NCBI GenBank assembly: GCA_964396095.1
Contig: CAYNCK010000088.1
Location: 1-61,117, forward strand
Origin: an uncultured Methanosarcinales archaeon
GTDB taxonomy: Archaea; Nanobdellota; Nanobdellia; Woesearchaeales; GW2011-AR4
DNA: 61,117 nucleotides
Direction: 5' to 3'
Translations under genes and position numbers: made by a program
Notes under the pieces: model-generated
What the model was told of the DNA's origin: nothing
The model's database searches: none
The model's input: the letters and a program-made list of their open reading frames with translations, nothing else
In this document: positions 58,619-61,117 of the stretch, in pieces
How the letters are laid out: the number at the start of each line of letters is the position of its first letter
Position numbering within the stretch: the stretch's first letter is position 1

Positions 58619-58711
58619 GATAATCCCTGGTTTTATAGTAATTTTATATACCTTTCTTTTTTACCGAAAGGTTTAAAGATGGATAACCAATTTTAGAAAT
58701 TTGTAATCATC

Positions 58712-59038
58712 TTGGGGGGGATAATCATCAATAACCATAAGCCAAAATCAATTACTGAAATTGAGATATTAAAAATATTAAGTTTCAGTAATGGTAATTC
58801 CCCATCATCTGATAAAAACCGTATAACTGATTTGGTATATTCAGTTCTCTATGGCTACCATGATGGAAGTTCAAAATCACATATCAGCGAATCAGGTAAG
58901 TATCTAGGCACAAAAGACGGTTTTTTCAGAATTACTGGCAGAATATCCCAAGATCGTGATTATAATCGGGCTTGGATAATGGGTTGGAATTACAGAAGTA
59001 TGATTGAACCTTCTAAAATACATTTACATCATCTTTAA
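58712..59038 (+). CDS. Hypothetical protein (doubtful, TTG start)
   Basis: 108-aa ORF filling the gap, overlaps the pth2 3' end by 15 bp. Confidence 0.35.
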   Translation: MGGIIINNHKPKSITEIEILKILSFSNGNSPSSDKNRITDLVYSVLYGYHDGSSKSHISESGKYLGTKDGFFRITGRISQDRDYNRAWIMGWNYRSMIEPSKIHLHHL

Positions 59039-59368
59039 CTTTCCAGAAACATTATCAATTTTTTTTTCTTCATCAGGCCCGATTCCCAAGCAGGTAATTG
59101 TTCCTGGCTCTACAACAGTATGCCCTGCATCTGTTATTAATGCTGTTTTCAATCCAAAATGCTCAGCCATCTGCTTGTACTTGAATAATTCATTCTCATC
59201 ATTAACTTTTAATACAATTTTTTTGCCGCCGTCGTTTTTCCATAGTTCAACAATTTTTTTGTCAGACTTCAAAGCAGCATCCACGGAAGCATGCCCAACC
59301 TGTGCAGCAAGCTTTCCTTTTGGAAGCTTCAGGTCTTCCCTTACCAAGATGACGAGTTTGTATGGCAT
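59024..59368 (-). CDS. pth2: Peptidyl-tRNA hydrolase type 2
   Basis: KLVILVREDLKLPKGKLAAQVGHA, KKIVLKV, DAGHT.VEPGT.TCLGIGP. Confidence 0.95.
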   Translation of the reverse strand: MPYKLVILVREDLKLPKGKLAAQVGHASVDAALKSDKKIVELWKNDGGKKIVLKVNDENELFKYKQMAEHFGLKTALITDAGHTVVEPGTITCLGIGPDEEKKIDNVSGKLKMM

Positions 59369-59968
59369 TTTTTTATAAAACTTTTTAATGTTTAAAAAAT
59401 TATTTTAATGGAATTTAATTGATTGTTTTATTATTGGTGCATTATTATTTTTAAGCTTTTTATTCTCGCTCATCGTTAGAATCTCACTTTGAGTGATATT
59501 GAATTTTATTTAATGTTAATAGTAGTTGATTTTTCGTTAATGTGTTTTGATATTCTTGCGCTGGACAGTGACATGCGAGTGAGCTCGTTGCTAACTCCCT
59601 AACAACTCACAGGCGCAATCCAATAACTATTTTTAATCAAATCCAATTTAAATTCAATGAACTATAATCTAAATCCATTAAAACCCCTGTTTTAATACTT
59701 TTCTATAAAGTTAACCTTTGTAGTCACTCAATCCTACTAAACAATCTTTAAATAATCCAAAATCCTAACGATGTTTTATGGAGAGAATTAAGGAGAAAGG
59801 AACTTATTTTGAAGGCTCCGATAAGAAATATCCCGATGTTGAATTGCCAAAATGGATGCAGGATTTGGAAGAATAATTATATCGTAAATTGCGGTAATTG
59901 GTTTAATAAATAGCCGCAATTTACGAGATAGACAATTGCGTGTAAATATAATCAATCAACGCAATTGT

Positions 59969-61039
59969 CTATATCTTAAGCAATTCACCATCTAAATAAA
60001 TTGTAGGATTCTTGAATACCTGATCAAGGTGAATGATTGCATAAATATTTCCACCAAACCAGTAGTTTGAGCCTATGCCTATGTGTGCTGTACCTAATGT
60101 TTTGTCATCGACAATCATTGCGCCGACAATCTGAGCCTTGGGATTTAGCCCGATTCCCAGCTCGCAGATTCTTCTTACATTTCCCGGGTTCTTTGCAACA
60201 GAGGATGCCCATTTGAGCGTGTTTTCAAGCTGTTTGGCTTCCTCATTTCCTTTAATCTCAACAATATTTCCATCTTCAATTTTCAGCTCTATCGGATTTT
60301 TTACCAGAATAGTATGCTCATGCGTCCTTGAGCTTCCGTCTATAAAGACATTTCCATTTATTTTCCTGCCGTTTGGAGCAGAGTAAACCTCGCCTGCCGG
60401 CAGATTTCCTCCGGTGCCCGGAGAAGTGTAATTTCCGTCAGCAGAAATTGCCTTGATGCCGTTCTTGTCATAATACAAATCGGTCCCTGCTGGAGTTGTA
60501 ATATGGATTTCTTTGGCATTTTCAATCTTCTGCCTTATTGCCTCGTGCTGTGTTTGCAAAGGCTTGTAGTTAACGTCTATAGCATTAAGTATCAAATCAA
60601 TGTTGCTTGTCGGCAAGTCTCCAAGGCTCATTGCAGAGACAAAGCGGTGGCTCTTTTTTGCAACCCATCTCCTGAAGCTTTTCCCAAGCTCCTGTATGTT
60701 TCCAAGCTTGTCTGACATGTTCAGAATGATTATGTTGCCTGATTTAAGCTCAGATAATGAATGAACAACATCTTCGTCAGAAACATCCCCTCTTGACTTT
60801 ACATTCTGCAGAATAAGCTTAGTATCAAGATTAAGCTGCTCAGCTGCAAGATAATATGCTCCTGAAAGTACTGCTGCAACGTTCCTGTTGCCATAGCCCG
60901 TGTCCCCAACTATCAAAACTTTTTCGTCTTTTGCAGCAAGGCATGGGGTGAAAACTTTCTTCAGTGAAAGCGCAACCCTTGAGGAAATTTCATACAGATT
61001 GTTTTCTTTCAGCCACTTTATGGATTCAATTGTTTCCAT
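59969..61039 (-). CDS. M29-like (aminopeptidase T/leucyl) metallo-aminopeptidase
   Basis: TPAGTDL, GNLPAGEVY.AP, ICELGIGLNP, DDKTLGTAHIGIGSN..FGG, IHLD. Confidence 0.82.
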   Translation of the reverse strand: METIESIKWLKENNLYEISSRVALSLKKVFTPCLAAKDEKVLIVGDTGYGNRNVAAVLSGAYYLAAEQLNLDTKLILQNVKSRGDVSDEDVVHSLSELKSGNIIILNMSDKLGNIQELGKSFRRWVAKKSHRFVSAMSLGDLPTSNIDLILNAIDVNYKPLQTQHEAIRQKIENAKEIHITTPAGTDLYYDKNGIKAISADGNYTSPGTGGNLPAGEVYSAPNGRKINGNVFIDGSSRTHEHTILVKNPIELKIEDGNIVEIKGNEEAKQLENTLKWASSVAKNPGNVRRICELGIGLNPKAQIVGAMIVDDKTLGTAHIGIGSNYWFGGNIYAIIHLDQVFKNPTIYLDGELLKI

Positions 61040-61117
61040 AAGATTTCAGAATAAAACTTGGTTTTTAAAGGTTGCTATGGAACTCCTAGATGTATTCCCA
61101 AGTGACATATGTCACTA

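Overview
AT-rich archaeal chromosome segment. Prefoldin-alpha/FtsY adjacency, ScpA, Pth2, PurP, class I LysRS, intron-containing tRNAs and TATA-type promoters show it is archaeal; a DPANN/Woesearchaeota-like origin is my inference. Core content is de novo purine genes (prs, purD, purF, guaA, two purP-like, purA), a DAP-type lysine cluster (lysC, asd, dapA, dapB, an aminotransferase, lysA) and adjacent class I and class II lysyl-tRNA synthetases. It also holds a NikR/Ni-transporter/larEBC nickel-pincer cofactor cluster with no larA in the window, MgtA, and a RimK ligase plus aspartic protease pair. There are three tRNAs: Val(TAC) and Lys(CTT), each with two introns, and Gly(GCC). An intact 1579-bp IS66 (14-bp TIR, 8-bp TSD) splits a TrmB gene and carries a 45-aa DUF2080-like gene missing from the ORF track. 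Two TA modules are present (wHTH-MNT with frameshifted HEPN; AbrB-PIN). The most unusual signal is a small all-hairpin element found three times with compensatory stem changes; two copies sit at tRNA 3' ends flanked by att-like duplications of the tRNA end. Other leads are a probable C19-G56 elbow swap in tRNA-Lys, a Zn-phospholipase-C-like gene among membrane-anchored orphans, and several strongly remodelled enzyme paralogues (Gmk-like, PurN-like, Hom-like, LOG-like). All family calls come from motif recognition by eye, not database searches.
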